From Perna viridis (taxonomy: Eukaryota): DNA of 64,000 nucleotides. Position 1 is the stretch's first letter; every line of letters begins with the position of its first letter. Location of the stretch: assembly GCA_037379345.1 (NCBI GenBank), contig CM074519.1, positions 31,336,103 through 31,400,102 of the forward strand, given 5' to 3'. The translations under genes and the position numbers were made by a program. The notes below the pieces were generated by a model. The model saw only the letters and a list, made by a program, of their open reading frames with translations. It was not told the DNA's origin and searched no databases. Positions 23,817 through 37,700 of the stretch are shown here, piece by piece.

Positions 23817-26800
23817 GTAAATATTCCCCAACATTTCTCTAATTTTGTGTACATACATGTATAAATACAAATGTACAGGGACTTTACAGAAGCCTGGACG
23901 AGCTGGATACTCCAACAGTAGAGACTTCTTTCTTGCACACATAATTTATATGTTGCATGTATGAGGGGGTCTCTGGGTACCATCTAGAAAACCTATTTTT
24001 TTCCACCTCCCATCCAACCTCCACGGTTCTCCCACCTACATGTGCCAACCACCCATTTTTAATCTACCACCCGGTGAAAAATAATTGTCTATGAGATGTT
24101 GATAAAAAAGTCAAACTGGATGAGGAATATTCATGTTCTCTTTACAACATTTGAGAAATACATGTATTTTTATACATACAAATATTTTATGGTACAGTAT
24201 TTAACAGTAGGCAACACATTTACAAAATATACAATAAATTGTCATGACACAAAACCAAATAGATACAATGATTTTAAATATGAAAACTGTATATACACAC
24301 CATGAGTGCTGGTGACTAATTTGGGATACTGAATTATTTTTGTTAAATTGGTACATACAACATGTATGTTCATGTATGTGATTAAAAAAACCTCCCGGGA
24401 TCAATAGGAACAAACATGTTTGATCGTGTTACATCACATTTAGTTCAGACTACTAGGTTACTTTCTCCTTCAATATATTGTTTTTTGATTATTAATACAA
24501 TTTTATTTTTTTTTGTTTCCCACTGCCTGCCCCTTTTCTCCCACCTTCTTGTATCCTACATGTAACAGTATCTCCCTTTGTAACTGTTTATTCCCTTATG
24601 AATCATGGTATTGGGACATGTAGAGATGTACATGAAATAACATATATCCCTTTTATGTAGATTTACATGTAAGAGTGGATTTGGATGTGATATACCAACA
24701 CCATGACATTGAAATATGAAACCCTTTATTCTACCAAAGATGAAATGAGCAGATTTGATTTGCAGGTTTGCATATCAATTTCCACAAAAATTTTTTGTTA
24801 TCTGAAGACCAAAGTTGTGTATTTATTTGAACTCTAGCAAATATAATAGCATCTAATCCAAGTAGCAGGTCAGCGTTTTTTAAAAAGTGGTCTACAATGT
24901 ATACCTATTTAATTACAGTGAATTTCTATTAATGACATAGCCTATTTATCTTAGAAAATTATACAGTTACATGTAATACTAAGGAATATACAATCAACAA
25001 ATTTTTGTTTTATTTTAAAGAAAAGTATTCAATGTTATAAATTTTTAACTGTGTTTTTAAAACAAATTGTTATTGCATGTATTTTCCAAACTAAGGGATT
25101 AAACTATTAACATACACAACATACATGTGTATTGTTATGTTTACCCATTTAAAGGTACAGTTTAGACTAAACTTTGGAATGCAATTCAGAGAAATTTTCT
25201 GGTTTTGACATGTTCAAGCATTTAATTTTGAAAATGAGAATTTGTTTTAAGGACTAAATAGGAAATTTTTTTTATGTTGTGAGGGTCTGAAGATGCAATT
25301 CACAGTCTCAGATTAAGATAAATTCACTGTATCACATTTTAAGAGCTAACTTTTCTCACATTTTATTAAACTGTACATGTACATTTGTACATGCATCTGT
25401 CGCAATAAACCATCCATCAATCCATTTTTTTTCCTTAGACAGCATTTGCTTCTGACAGTGGAGAGTTCAAACTGGTTTTCGTTGTGAGAAATGACCTGAA
25501 AATGGGTAAAGGCAAAGCTGCTGCACAGGTAATTACATGAAATAACTTCGGACATCTTTGAAGCAACCAAAGGTCCATTTATGTTTTATTGTGCTATTTT
25601 TTCAAGCTCATTAGTGCACAAAATTATGTTCTTCTTTACACCACACTAACTGAATAATTTATTTTTGTGGTCATTGGCATGATTCATACTTCACCTTTAT
25701 CTTTTATTAAATTTTGACTTCCTGTCATACTAGTTATTTCATATTGAGTCCTTGTACATTGTCTTCTAGACCCCTGCAATAAAAACCTACAATGTACTTG
25801 TACTTGCATATTGTGTAATAGGGTACCAATTTTCATAGATTGTGTTGATCAGGAAAACAATGAAGGTAAAATTTTCTAATAAAATGTAACATTCATGTAT
25901 GTACATGTACTAGTACAAATGTTCTGAAAAAAAGAGACAAATTTTGATTTAAGAACTGTCGGTCAATGCCATTTGCTAAAACTGTGGGACTATCTTTTTC
26001 TACAAAAGAGCACAGTGTTATATTTTTTTTTATCATACATGTATGTTTATTAACAAAAATATGTGTTTTTGTATGTGTGCCATAGGTTGACCATCAACTT
26101 CAAGCATCCATAACGACCAAAGAAATTTCATAACACGTCCTAAATGATTGATATCAGATGATTGATATGGAAATATGTCTATACAACAAAAAAGAAAATG
26201 ATACCAATCTTTCCGTAGCACATTATAATATATATTTTTCTGCGCATAAATATTTTCAACATGTGAATATGCTATAAAGGCTGAGCAAGTTGAAAAATGT
26301 ACATTGTAAGTTACACAATATCTGAGGTATGTACTTTAGATAGCATACACATGTACTGCTGAAGATGGATAAGTTCAACAGGAAACCTAAAGAAACTTCT
26401 TATCTCTTGCATGAGACTCAATCTATTTAAAGTAAAGGGACCTTTATTTTCTCTTTGATGTTAAAAAAGTCTGGAAAATTTCTTGCTATCTGGCTTCAAA
26501 TATTTTACAGCTATCTGCTATCCATTTGTATGGAAAACTTGAACTTAGACAGGGGAGATAATTCATTGCATGAAGTGACATGTTACTGTGATTTACCTCT
26601 ATTTTCTAATTGAGCTTGATATCATCAGCATGACACCATGTTTCAGTGATAAATTGTAAAATACTGTAAACATGTTAATTTTTGCTATTTTTGAGATGGA
26701 CAGAAAAGTGTGAAAAAATAATAATCTTGAAACTGATTTTTAATGCTGTGGAAGACATCATTTTTTGAAATTGCAAATATTGATATTCACGAATATGCTC

Positions 26801-28571
26801 ACTTGACAGAATCCACAAAAATTGGCAACCACAAAAGTTAATACATTTACAGTATCATGAAGGCCCTGAGCTCTTTAAAAAGGGGAATAATTGATTACAG
26901 GAATAAATCAAGTACCAGTATGTTTTGTGAATATTCTAGTGTTGTCATGCAGCAGTGATGGCCTATGAGACAGTCAGTAAAACAGATCCAGATATGTTAA
27001 AACGGTGGAGAATGTATGGTCAGCCAAAAGTTGTAGTCAAAACAGATTCAGAGGAATCTTTGTACGTTTGTATTTATTGATTGCTTGAAGTGTGGTTTGT
27101 TTGTTCATTGTACTTAATACTGGTATAATATTAAATTAGAATGTCTAAACTAAACGCCTTTTGTACTGAATAACTGTTTAGTTTAGAAAGGTGTATGGTT
27201 TACCCAGGATCAAACATGTTTAAATTGATATAAAAAGGACAGGTTTTCAGATCATTCAGGGTTAGGTTTAGACAGTTTACACAGTTTTAAGGTATCGTTC
27301 CCATAATACTGGTATACCATGTGACTAAAAAATTACGATATTTACCAAGTTGATGTTTTGGGCATACCTCTTTCATTTGCTTAATGTGCAAAAAAGGGGG
27401 GATGGTGTAATCAAGCCCTGTACTATTACCTTGAACATTTTACAGATTTTTATATTAAAGTAAGAACTATTTGACACCTAAAATAAAAAACTAATTATTT
27501 TGCTGGATGTTTTTTGGGCCATTTATGGGTCGTACACTTTAAGGAAAAGGAGAAAAAACTTCTAAGGCATTTTGCAAGAAAACACCATTTTCCCTATACA
27601 TATAAAATTGTTTCAAGATATGTATTTAAATTGCTTATTTTTTCTCAGAAAGAAAGCTAACATTAAATTTACTTCTTTCCACAACATCACACACAAATGC
27701 AATCCACTAAATTATGTGCTTTGGTAAAATAATATAAATATTCTGATAGATTACAGATAGCTAGAGAAGCAAGGTCTATGGGTTTAAATGCAAGTCTCAT
27801 CAAAGATGCTGGTAGAACACAGATTGCTCCAGGCTCTATTACTGTAGCAGGCATTGGACCAGGTTCGTAGCCAATATAAAATTTCAGGACAGCGTTTTTG
27901 CTATCTCTCTTCATCAAATCTTTATGCAAGGTACTGCACCTTGTAATACAATTTTATAAAGATTCATTCACTAATAGTTAAAGTATTGTCTGAGTATCAG
28001 GAAAATGCATGTTTCTGGCCCCTTTTATTCGGCCCTTAATTTCTAAAAAATTTAAAGTTTTTAGCTCCAAAATTAATCCAATCCTTACCATTGTGGTATA
28101 GAAATATTGTAAATATTGTGAAATGATATCATAGACATTCCTATGCTTTTACATGTACTGGAGTTAAGTAGTTAACTTCTATGAAATGCTTGTTTAAGGT
28201 CTCTTTTTGGCTCTTAATTCTAAAACAATTGGGGCCATAACCCCAAATATCAATACCAAGCTTCCTTCTGTGGCTTGGAACCTTATTACTAAATTAATTA
28301 AAGATCAACCAACTAATACTCAAATTATCGAGTGAAAACCAAGTGTCTTGGGACCAAAGCACCATACCAAATATAAAACTAGAATATTTGCAGTTGTGTA
28401 AAAAGTCTATTTCCAATGACAATGATATACTTTTAGTTATTGTGGTAAAATATGCATATTTATTTACTGGCCAAAATGTTTGATGCTTATCCAATAATCA
28501 GAAAGTTTCTTATTTTTTTAGGTCCAGAAGAATTAGTGAATCAAGTGACAGGACATTTAAAACTGTTTTGA
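23685..28571 (+). CDS. PTRH2: Peptidyl-tRNA hydrolase 2, mitochondrial (Pth2/Bit1), 5 exons, 507 nt, 168 aa
   Basis: Exons: 23685-23816, 25439-25528, 26940-27061, 27750-27862, 28522-28571. N-terminal TM anchor [18 protein letters not shown]2 motifs [26 protein letters not shown]...[34 protein letters not shown]. Confidence 0.95.
25439..25528 (+). CDS. PTRH2: PTRH2 exon 2
   Basis: [30 protein letters not shown]. Confidence 0.92.
26662..26854. mobile_element. TA-target MITE with intact TIRs
   Basis: tactgtaaacatgttaa ... ttaatacatttacagta. Confidence 0.6.
26940..27061 (+). CDS. PTRH2: PTRH2 exon 3
   Basis: [40 protein letters not shown]. Confidence 0.92.
27750..27862 (+). CDS. PTRH2: PTRH2 exon 4
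   Basis: [37 protein letters not shown]. Confidence 0.92.
28522..28571 (+). CDS. PTRH2: PTRH2 exon 5 (terminal)
   Basis: [16 protein letters not shown]. Confidence 0.92.
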
Positions 28572-28914
28572 TAGTGTTATTATTATACATTTGTATTTTA
28601 AGAATATATATTTGTTGATATTGTATTGTTGTTTCTGTTTAATAGTGTAAAGTGGGAAAATGTAAATTCATAAATTACTGAAATATTAATTGAAATAGTT
28701 TGTAGTTGAAGAATTTTTAAAATTTAATACAAATGTACTGAAATAGGATTTTTGACAAGCTTCGGTGATAAAAAGCTGCATTAAGTTTTGAATTTACAAA
28801 TTCTATTTTAAAATGGACAAAAAATGACATACCTGTGATAAATACTACTTAACAGTCAAATCAATACACATCCTCTGGGCAGAATTATAGTGAAACCAGT
28901 GCAAACTAAACTGA

Positions 28915-30200
28915 ACCCTGAATTAACTGGAAACCAGCCTTAACCAGACACTAAATAAACTGGAGACCAGCCCTAACCAGACACTAAATATACTGGAGAC
29001 CAGCCTTAACCAGACACTTAATAAACTGGAGACCAGCCTTAACCAGACACTAAATATACTGGAAACCAGCCTTAACCAGACACTAAATATACTGGAAACC
29101 AGACTTTACCAGAAGCCTGAATAAACTGGAAACCAGCCTTAACCAGAACCCTGGATAAACTGGAAATCAGCCTTAACCAGACACTAAATATACTGGAAAC
29201 CAGCCTTAACCAGACACTAAATATACTGGAAACCAGACTTTACCAGAAGCCTGAATAAACTGGAAACCAGCCTTAACCAGAACCCTGGATAAACTGGAAA
29301 TCAGCCTTAACCAGACCTTGAATAAACTGGAAACCAACCTTAACCAAACACTAAATAAACTGGAAACCAGCCTTAACAAAACCCTGAATAAACTGGAAAC
29401 CAGCCTTGATCAGATTCCTGAATAAACTGGAAACCAGACTTTACCAGAATCCTGAATAAACTGGAAATCAGCCTTAACCAGATCCTTATTAACCTGGAAA
29501 CCAACCTTTACCAGAACCCCAAATAAACTGGAAACCAGCCTTAACTAGACACTAAATAAACTGGAAACCAGCCTTAACCAGAACCCTGAATAAACTGGAA
29601 ATCAGCCTTTATCAGATTCCTGAATGACCTGGAAATCAGACTTTACCAGAACCCTGAATAAACTGGAAATCAGCCTCAACCAGATGCTTAATAATCTGGA
29701 AACCAACCTTTACCAGAATCCAGAATAAACTGGAAACCAGACTTAACCAGAAACTAAATCAAATAGAAACCAGCCTTAAACAGAACCTGAATAAACTTGA
29801 AACCAGCCTTTATCAGAACCCTGAATAAACTGGAAACCAGACTTTACCAGAAACCTGAATAAACTGGAAATCAGCCTTAACCAGAACCCTGAATAAACTT
29901 GAAACCAGCCTTTATCAGAACCCTGAATAAACTGGAAACCAGACTTTACCAGAAACCTGAATAAACTGGAAATCAGCCTTAACCAGACACTAAATAAACT
30001 GGAAACCAGCCTTAACCAGAACCCTGAATAAACTGGAAACCAGTCTTAACCAGACCCTGTGGAAGCTGAAATCCAGCCTTTGTATGACTCTGTATAAACT
30101 GGAAACCAGCTTTTAACGGAACCCCATATAATTTGGAAACCAGCCTTAATCAGGCATTGAATAAACTGGGAACCAGCCTAAACCAGACCCTTATAAACAG
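28915..30200. repeat. Long minisatellite, about 33-34-bp unit, more than 30 copies
   Basis: taaactggaaaccagccttaaccagaaccctgaa variants. Confidence 0.92.
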
Positions 30201-30741
30201 GATATCTGTCCAAGCCAGAATCTGAATAAAACTCTGTGAAAACAAGTTCCTGCATAAAGTGGAAAACTGTCTAAACTCTGAGTCATTTATGTCAACTTCA
30301 ACACATTTTTCTCCTGCCTTAATTAACAAAACTCTCATTGTCTTTAACATTAAAAATATAATTACATAAAGTTTATACCATCACATTATTCACTGGCAAT
30401 CTGATGTTTTAGGGGTCATAGGATTTTCGTGTGGGACAGAAATTTCTTTTCTACCCCCTCTAAAAATCAATTGGATGGTGCCCATAATCAAAGAGAAATA
30501 GATAATACAGTATATATCTTTACTTAAAAGAAATGCAAATCTGACCTTAAAAGCAAATCTAAATCAACCATGATAGCATAATAGTACATTTACTGGCTGG
30601 AACAGGGAAATTCTGTGACATTCCAGTTGCAAATATAGAAAATTAGAAAAGGGGGGATGCTGACTAGCTATCCTCCCCATTGCTTTTCTACATTTAAACA
30701 TAATCACCCCAACAATCAAGTGTACCCCCTTGGATCCGCTT

Positions 30742-31245
30742 CTCCATTCTAATCAACCCAACTTTTCAAGCATAGTCTCTTGAATTCACCAGTCCATTCT
30801 AATCAAGCCAACTTTTCAAACATAGCCCATTGAATTCAACTGTCCATTCTAATCAACACAACTTTTCAAACATAGCCCATTGAATTCAACTGTCAATTCT
30901 AATCAACCCAACTTTTCAAGTATTGCCCCTATGGTTTAACTGTCCATTCTAACTGTTTTTGAGTTCACCTTTTCAAGTCCTTGGGTACACCTTTCCATTC
31001 TAATCAACCCAAATTTTCAAGCATTGCCCCTTGGATTCAACTGTCCATTCTAATCAACCGAAGTTTTCAAACATAGCCCCTGGGATTCAACTGTCCATTC
31101 TATTCAACCCAACCTTTCAAGCTTTTCCTCTTGGATTCAACTGTCCATTCTAATCAACCCAACTTTTCAAGCATAGCCCTTGGATCCACCTGTCCACTCT
31201 AATCAACCTAACTTTTGAAGCATTGCCCCACAGATTCAACTGTTT
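30742..31245. repeat. Minisatellite, about 50-bp unit
   Basis: ccattctaatcaacccaacttttcaagcatagccc..ggattcaactgt repeats. Confidence 0.88.
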
Positions 31246-31406
31246 TTGAGTTAGATGATGGTAGAGGCTTCCTTTATATAATATCCAGTATCTTCTTTTT
31301 TATATAAACATTAGTTTAAAAAAAATTAACAAATTGCAATATAATAAATTTTTCACAATACTAGAAGGGTAAAGTAGCTTTAATCTTATTAAACAAACAA
31401 ATGTTA

Positions 31407-31745
31407 TCAGCATGAAATTCCAAAAGTAGGTAACATTAAACATGGGTTTTCTGGAGCAACCTGTTTGTCATCGAGTCCTTTTAGTACAACAGTTATTCCC
31501 CTTGGTTTAGCAATATCCACCATACATTGTCTACTTTCTGGTGATATTTTATGATCATATATATCCAAATGTTCCAAATGTTCACATTTTATCATCACAT
31601 CAATTATGGCTTTCTCTGACATTGTCCGTATCCAACTTAGGTTTAACTGTCGCAATTTTTTTGTATATTTACAAAGTGCAGCTAAAGTTCTGTCTGTTAA
31701 ATGTTTACATGCACATAAACTTATAGACTCCATGTGAGGTAGATT
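31407..31745 (-). CDS. Tpt1N-LRR gene exon 5 (LRR, terminal)
   Basis: NLPHMESISLCACKHLTDRTL...PTFGISC*. Confidence 0.88.
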   Translation of the reverse strand, partial: NLPHMESISLCACKHLTDRTLAALCKYTKKLRQLNLSWIRTMSEKAIIDVMIKCEHLEHLDIYDHKISPESRQCMVDIAKPRGITVVLKGLDDKQVAPENPCLMLPTFGISC

Positions 31746-34700
31746 CTGGAAGAGAATCATTTATTGATATGTTATTCAGTGGAACAAACATTCTCTAGGT
31801 CTGTGAAAAATGTACATGAACATTTTACTACGAGATCCAAACCCTGACCTATTAAGATTAATTCTGTAAAGTATACTACAAAATATAAACGTCTTTTGAA
31901 CATAGAGGATATTTAATGTTTCAATTCTATATTACTATTTTGGTTAATAAAAAGAGAGAAGTTTGCCCTATCCAAGATACCTTTTCAACACATCCAGAAA
32001 AGCCAATTTTTTTCAAGATTTTTTGTGTGCGCAAAATGCAGCCTTTGTTGTTTTTTACATTCTTAACATAGTCATAGATGTAAAGAAAATTTTGACTAAA
32101 AGAATATATATATTCTTTTTTGAAACATAATACTCTCAATATCATAAAAATGGTTCACGTCTAATTATCTGTATTTAATTTTACACTTGACCATACATGA
32201 AGATGCAATTAGATATATATTTGGATTGGTTTTTCATTGACTGATACGAGAAGCAATTTGATTTTATTTGATAGTTGATATTTATGGTTGTCCAAAAATA
32301 CCCCTAGTTTACCAAGTTACACAGACTTTAAGAATTTTACATTCAAAAACTAGATCTTATCATTTTTATTTAACTAAAATATCATTGAAATAGCAGTCTT
32401 TATTAAAATAAAAAAAAATTCTTTTTTGAAACATAATACTCTCAATATCATAAAAATGGTTCACATCTAATTATCTGTATTTAATTTTACACTTGACCAT
32501 ACATGAAGATGCAATTAGATATATATTTGGATTGGTTTTTCATTGACTGATACGAGAAGCAATTTGATTTTATTTGATAGTTGATATTTATGGTTGTCCA
32601 AAAATACCCCTAGTTTACCAAGTTACACAGACTTTAAGAATTTTACATTCAAAAACTAGATCTTATCATTTTTATTCAACTAAAATATCATTAAAATAGC
32701 AGTCTTTATTCAAATCAGACAATGTGATTCATGCATGTCAAAAACCCACCAATTTCAGTTTTATTTCTTCTTCATTTTGTCTTATTTGGTGATTTTAGAT
32801 ATATGATTTATCGACCTAACTTTACAACAAACATGATGATTTTTCATTCAAAATTGTCAACTTTCCTTTCATCTGTGGCAACATCCCTTCAGCACCTGTG
32901 TATGGAGTGTTCATATCACAACTAATACCTTATGCCAGAGCTTGCCGAAACTACGCAGAGTTCTATCGTGCTAGAACTCTAACAAGTAGGCTTCTGGAAC
33001 AGGGTTATGTTGCTACAAGATTGAAGTCATCACTACAGAAGTTTTATGGTCGTCACCATGAACTCGTGGATGGTTATAGTGTATCTATCTGCACCATGAG
33101 AACTGATTTATTCAACGGGTCATAGTTTTCCTTTCCACGCTTGTCTACCCCGGACTTGACTTTTTATGAACAACTCAGTGGGTGAATAGAAAAGGACGCT
33201 TACCCTACCAGTGCACCTGGTCCATGCTCCCAGTTTTTAGTGGAGTCTGAGTTGCTCATTTGATTTTGTTACTTTGTATGTATGATTTTAGTTACTTTAT
33301 GTTCTTTGTTGTGTATGTCTGTTTTCCATGTCTGGTCTTTGTCCCTGGATTACATTCGTTTGATTACTGCTGTAATCTTGGTTCCCTTGATTACTCTTTC
33401 TCAAAAATGCAGATCTGAATACAGAAATCATTACCATTCCATAAAAAAATATTGCATTTGTAGATTTAAAAAGCATTGCTCGTTCGGTGGGTTTTTATAC
33501 TCCATGAATCACTCTACCATTGGCAGTGTCTGAATTTTATATGGACTGGTACTTAATGAAAGTTTTCTTGACTGGTACCTTTAGTAATTGTTGCATTAGG
33601 TTATCTGTAATAACATATCCACAATCTTTTAAACTGAGCATCTTCAGGTTAGGACATGACCTCCAAATAAGTTTGATTGTTCCTTCAGTAACATACACTC
33701 CATCTAGGTTAAGGTGTTCTAATACTGGTATAAGAAGCTGTCGAAGGGTGCCATTGTTCAATTTCTTCTGCCTCTTCAATCTGTGAATCATTTTACTGAA
33801 AACAATTAAATATTTGTAACTTTGACAGCATTATTTTTATATGTCCTAATTTATGTATCTTGTTATATTGCTGCCCATCCCTCTTCATCCAAATACTATA
33901 TTACTACTGTATACTTTTGACAGACTTTATTGATTTTTTTATCCACCATTTGACATCATAAAAGTAATCTCACTTTGGTTTTAATAAATTTGGTTTTGTG
34001 TGCCTTAAAATTGGCTATAAATTCATTGATTACCTACATGTAAGTAGCAGTCTTTATAAAAATAAGACAGGAGGTAATTCATGTATGTAAATAACCCACT
34101 GATTTCAGTTGTATTTCTAATCCAGGAACAGTTACAGACCACATAACCAAGTCTTGGTTCATCAGTCTGTAACAGACCACATAAACAGTCTTGGTTCGTC
34201 AGTCTGTTACAGACCATATAACCAGTCTTGGTTTGTCATTCTGTTACAGAATACATGACCAGTCTTGGTTTGTCAGTCAGTTACAGATCACATAACCAGT
34301 CTTAGTTTGTCAATCGGTTACAGACCACATAACCAGTCTTAGTTTGTCAGTCAGTTACAGATCACATAACCAGTCATAGTTTGTCATTCTGTTACAGATC
34401 ACATGACCAGTCTTGGTATGTCATTCTGTTACAGACCACATGACCAGTCTTGGTTTGTCAGTCAGTTACAGATCACATGACCAGTATTGGTTTGTCAATC
34501 AGTTACAGATCACGTAACCAGTCTTGGTTTGTCAGTCAGTCACAGACCACATGACCAGTCTTGGTTTGTCAATCAGTTACAGATCACGTAAACAGTCTTA
34601 GTTTGTCATTCGGTTACAGACCACATAACCAGTCTTGGTTTGTCAGTCAGTTACAGATTACATAACCAGTCATAGTTTGTCATTCTGTTACAGATCACAT

Positions 34701-37700
34701 GACCAGTCTTGGTTTGTCGATCAGTTACAGATCGGTTGTTGCACTTTTGAGATAAACATTATATTCTGTGAAAGTACTTTAATTCATGGAAACCAATTTT
34801 TGTGGATCAGGGAAGAAACACAAGCTCGTGGTTTGAAAGTTTTCAGTATACACAACCATGGGAATCTATATATCTTCGTGGTTTGACCTACCTCAAAAAC
34901 CATGAAAATTGGTACCCCGTGAATAATAGTATTTTCACAGTAGATTGTATATGAAATCAGCACTCTGCAACAGTTATCATTCTTAATTTTGTTTGATTTG
35001 GTTGATTTTAGTGGTGATTAAGTCAACTGGAACTACTCTACCATTTTCACTACACTTACTAGAAAGGCTGAGGACATGCGATAAAGGACTAAGTATGGGT
35101 TTCTCTTAAGTACAAGTCTGATTAGTGAAATGACTATTTTCATATAAAAATGTAGCATATGTAGACCAAATAAGTACCATTTGTTTGGTGGGGTTTTCTT
35201 CACCATGAATCACTTTAGTATAGGCAGTGTCTGAACTTTATATGGACTGGTACTTAAAGTATGTGCATAATCTGGGAGAATACTATTGCAATTTTGTTAT
35301 GGTACAAAAATATACATGGAAAAAATGGTCACTTATACATAAATAAGACATATTCTTCCATACTTATTTATGTATTTTTTATAATATAAACAGGAGCCTG
35401 AAATGCTCACCTGGTTACAGTTTGTCTTTCAAAGGCAATAAATTCAACAAAAAGTCATCCAACAATTTTACTCATTAAGACTTTAGTAGGACTTAACATA
35501 AGGATCATTTCAGCAATTGGAAGTTTCTTTCTATCTATTATAGTTATAAAAATATTGGCTGAAAACTGTAAAAAAAAAAAAAAAGTCATTTTTCATCTTT
35601 CAAGGGCAATAACTCTTACAAAGAGTCGTCCGACAACTTTGATCCCTCAAAGACTTTTGTAGGCCTTAAAATAAGGATCATTTTGGCTAAACTTAACGGT
35701 TTTAGAGATAAATGCAAAAAACTTCTTTCTGACATATCTTTGGCCAGGTGAGCTAAAAAGGCAGCCCCATCACTTTTTAAGAAAATATAAGTATTTAAAC
35801 AAATGTCTCCATTTCTTACTAAATTTCATAAAAAAGTACTGCCTGAGGACCATTAACCCTGAATGACCTTACTTGATTAAAAATTCATCAGGAAACTCTT
35901 GTAGATCATACATATCAATGTTTGATGATATAAAATCTAAACATGTTGATACCAGTGTTGTTACATTGGAACTTTCATGACAGTCATTCTGAAATGAAAA
36001 AAGGAATATATAAATCTTGATGATTTTGTATTTGATGAATTTGTTGGGGAAAGGGGCTGAAATAAACAGACATTTAAGACACCAAAAACATTGATTTTTC
36101 AATCTTTAAGTGTAGAATTTGATTGACATATTTTAATTGATCCCATATTTTTTAATTAGATGGGATTCTATTAGTTTTATATGGTTTAGGGAAGTAAAGG
36201 TTATCGATTAGTAAAACAGTCATGAATTGGATTTTGTAAACATTATTAAACATAAAAACCCATTTAATACTGCTACGTCTTCAGCAAGCAACCCATCAGG
36301 CTCTGACAGGACTACCAGTAACACTTTTTAGTTCCCCATTGGCCACATTCACCAAAGGGGTTTGCACTTTGTCTGTCTGTCTGTCAGTCATGCCAATCAG
36401 TTTTCCACAGTGTTTCTGTCATATTTGCAGATGCATGTAATTAGTTCATTTTTCCATAACAAATTACAGGTCAAATTCTAGTTTTGTTCTCGTTTGTTAA
36501 TTTTGTTAATTGCTGACTGATGGCACTTGGACTTTGACAATAAGTTGCAAAAACACAGTTTTCCACACCTTTTTCTTCATGCATGGTCAAGTGTAAAATT
36601 AAATACAGATAATTAGACGTGAACCATTTTTATGATATTGAGAGTATTATGTTTCAAAAAAGAATATATATATTCTTTTAGTCAAAATTTTCTTTACATC
36701 TATGACTATGTTAAGAATGTAAAAAACAACAAAGGCTGCATTTTGCGCACACAAAAAATCTTGAAAAAAATTGGCTTTTCTGGATGTGTTGAAAAGGTAT
36801 CTTGGATAGGGCAAACTTCTCTCTTTTTGCAGATTTTCATTTGATATTTAATGAGTTGCTGTACCTTAACAAATTACAGATCAAGTTCAGATGTTGTAGC
36901 AAAGAGGTTTGCACTCTGTCTGCCTGTCTGTTAGTCTTACAAATAATTTTTTCACACTTCTTATGGACGGTCATACTTGAAGATAATTAATTGATATTTA
37001 ATATAATGCTTTACCATAACAATTTACAGATCAAGTTTGAAAGTTTTGTATGAGTAATGGTCCTTGGGCTTACAAAACTAATGCAAAAATTGCAGAAATT
37101 GGATTTTCTACACCTATTATGCATGAAGTTTGCATTCTATTCCATCACCAAATTTTCCTTTCAGTAAGGGACTTACTTAGTATTACATATTACCATGCGA
37201 TACCCTCAGAATATTTGTTTCATGATCATCAGATGTTATTTTTTTTCACATTAGTACAAATGTTTTACCTGTTCCAAATTTCTACAAAAGCGGGCTCTGA
37301 CATAGGTTTTCCCATTGTTCATCTTTGACTCAAATCTTCTAGCACCTCTGTGTGACAGTGAATTATTTATCTTATCCTCAACCTCTTCCAGAGTGTGGAA
37401 TCTTTTCATGATACCCAGTGCCATCAGCTGTGACAAGTCAACAAAACCTGCAAAAATATTTTCTTTTGAGTGTTGTTTCAATATTTTTTATTGGTTGATT
37501 AAAGTTTGAAATAGTATTATTGAAAGATTTTTTGGCAAATATGACAAGCCTTCCAATATTGTTTAATTTTTCTGTATGTACCTGATGCTGCTAAAAATAA
37601 AGAAAGTTAAGTGACATTCAGGTTTTGCAAAATATTTTCTGACTTCATGCCATCCTAACAGAATATCAACTACATCTGTCGTAGGATTAACGTGAACTTA

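Noticed and set aside
27687-27929. 80-aa minus-strand ORF
   Set aside because: Antisense shadow of PTRH2 exon 4.
31927-32145. Duplicated 70-aa ORF MILRVLCFKK (also 36632-36844)
   Set aside because: Translation of an intronic inverted repeat, with no recognisable domain or splice context.
33537-35988. Calling the LRR part an F-box (FBXL) protein or the AMN1 orthologue
   Set aside because: The motif before the LRRs fits a BC-box/cullin-box pattern better than an F-box (no V[CS].+W), and orthology cannot be judged by eye.
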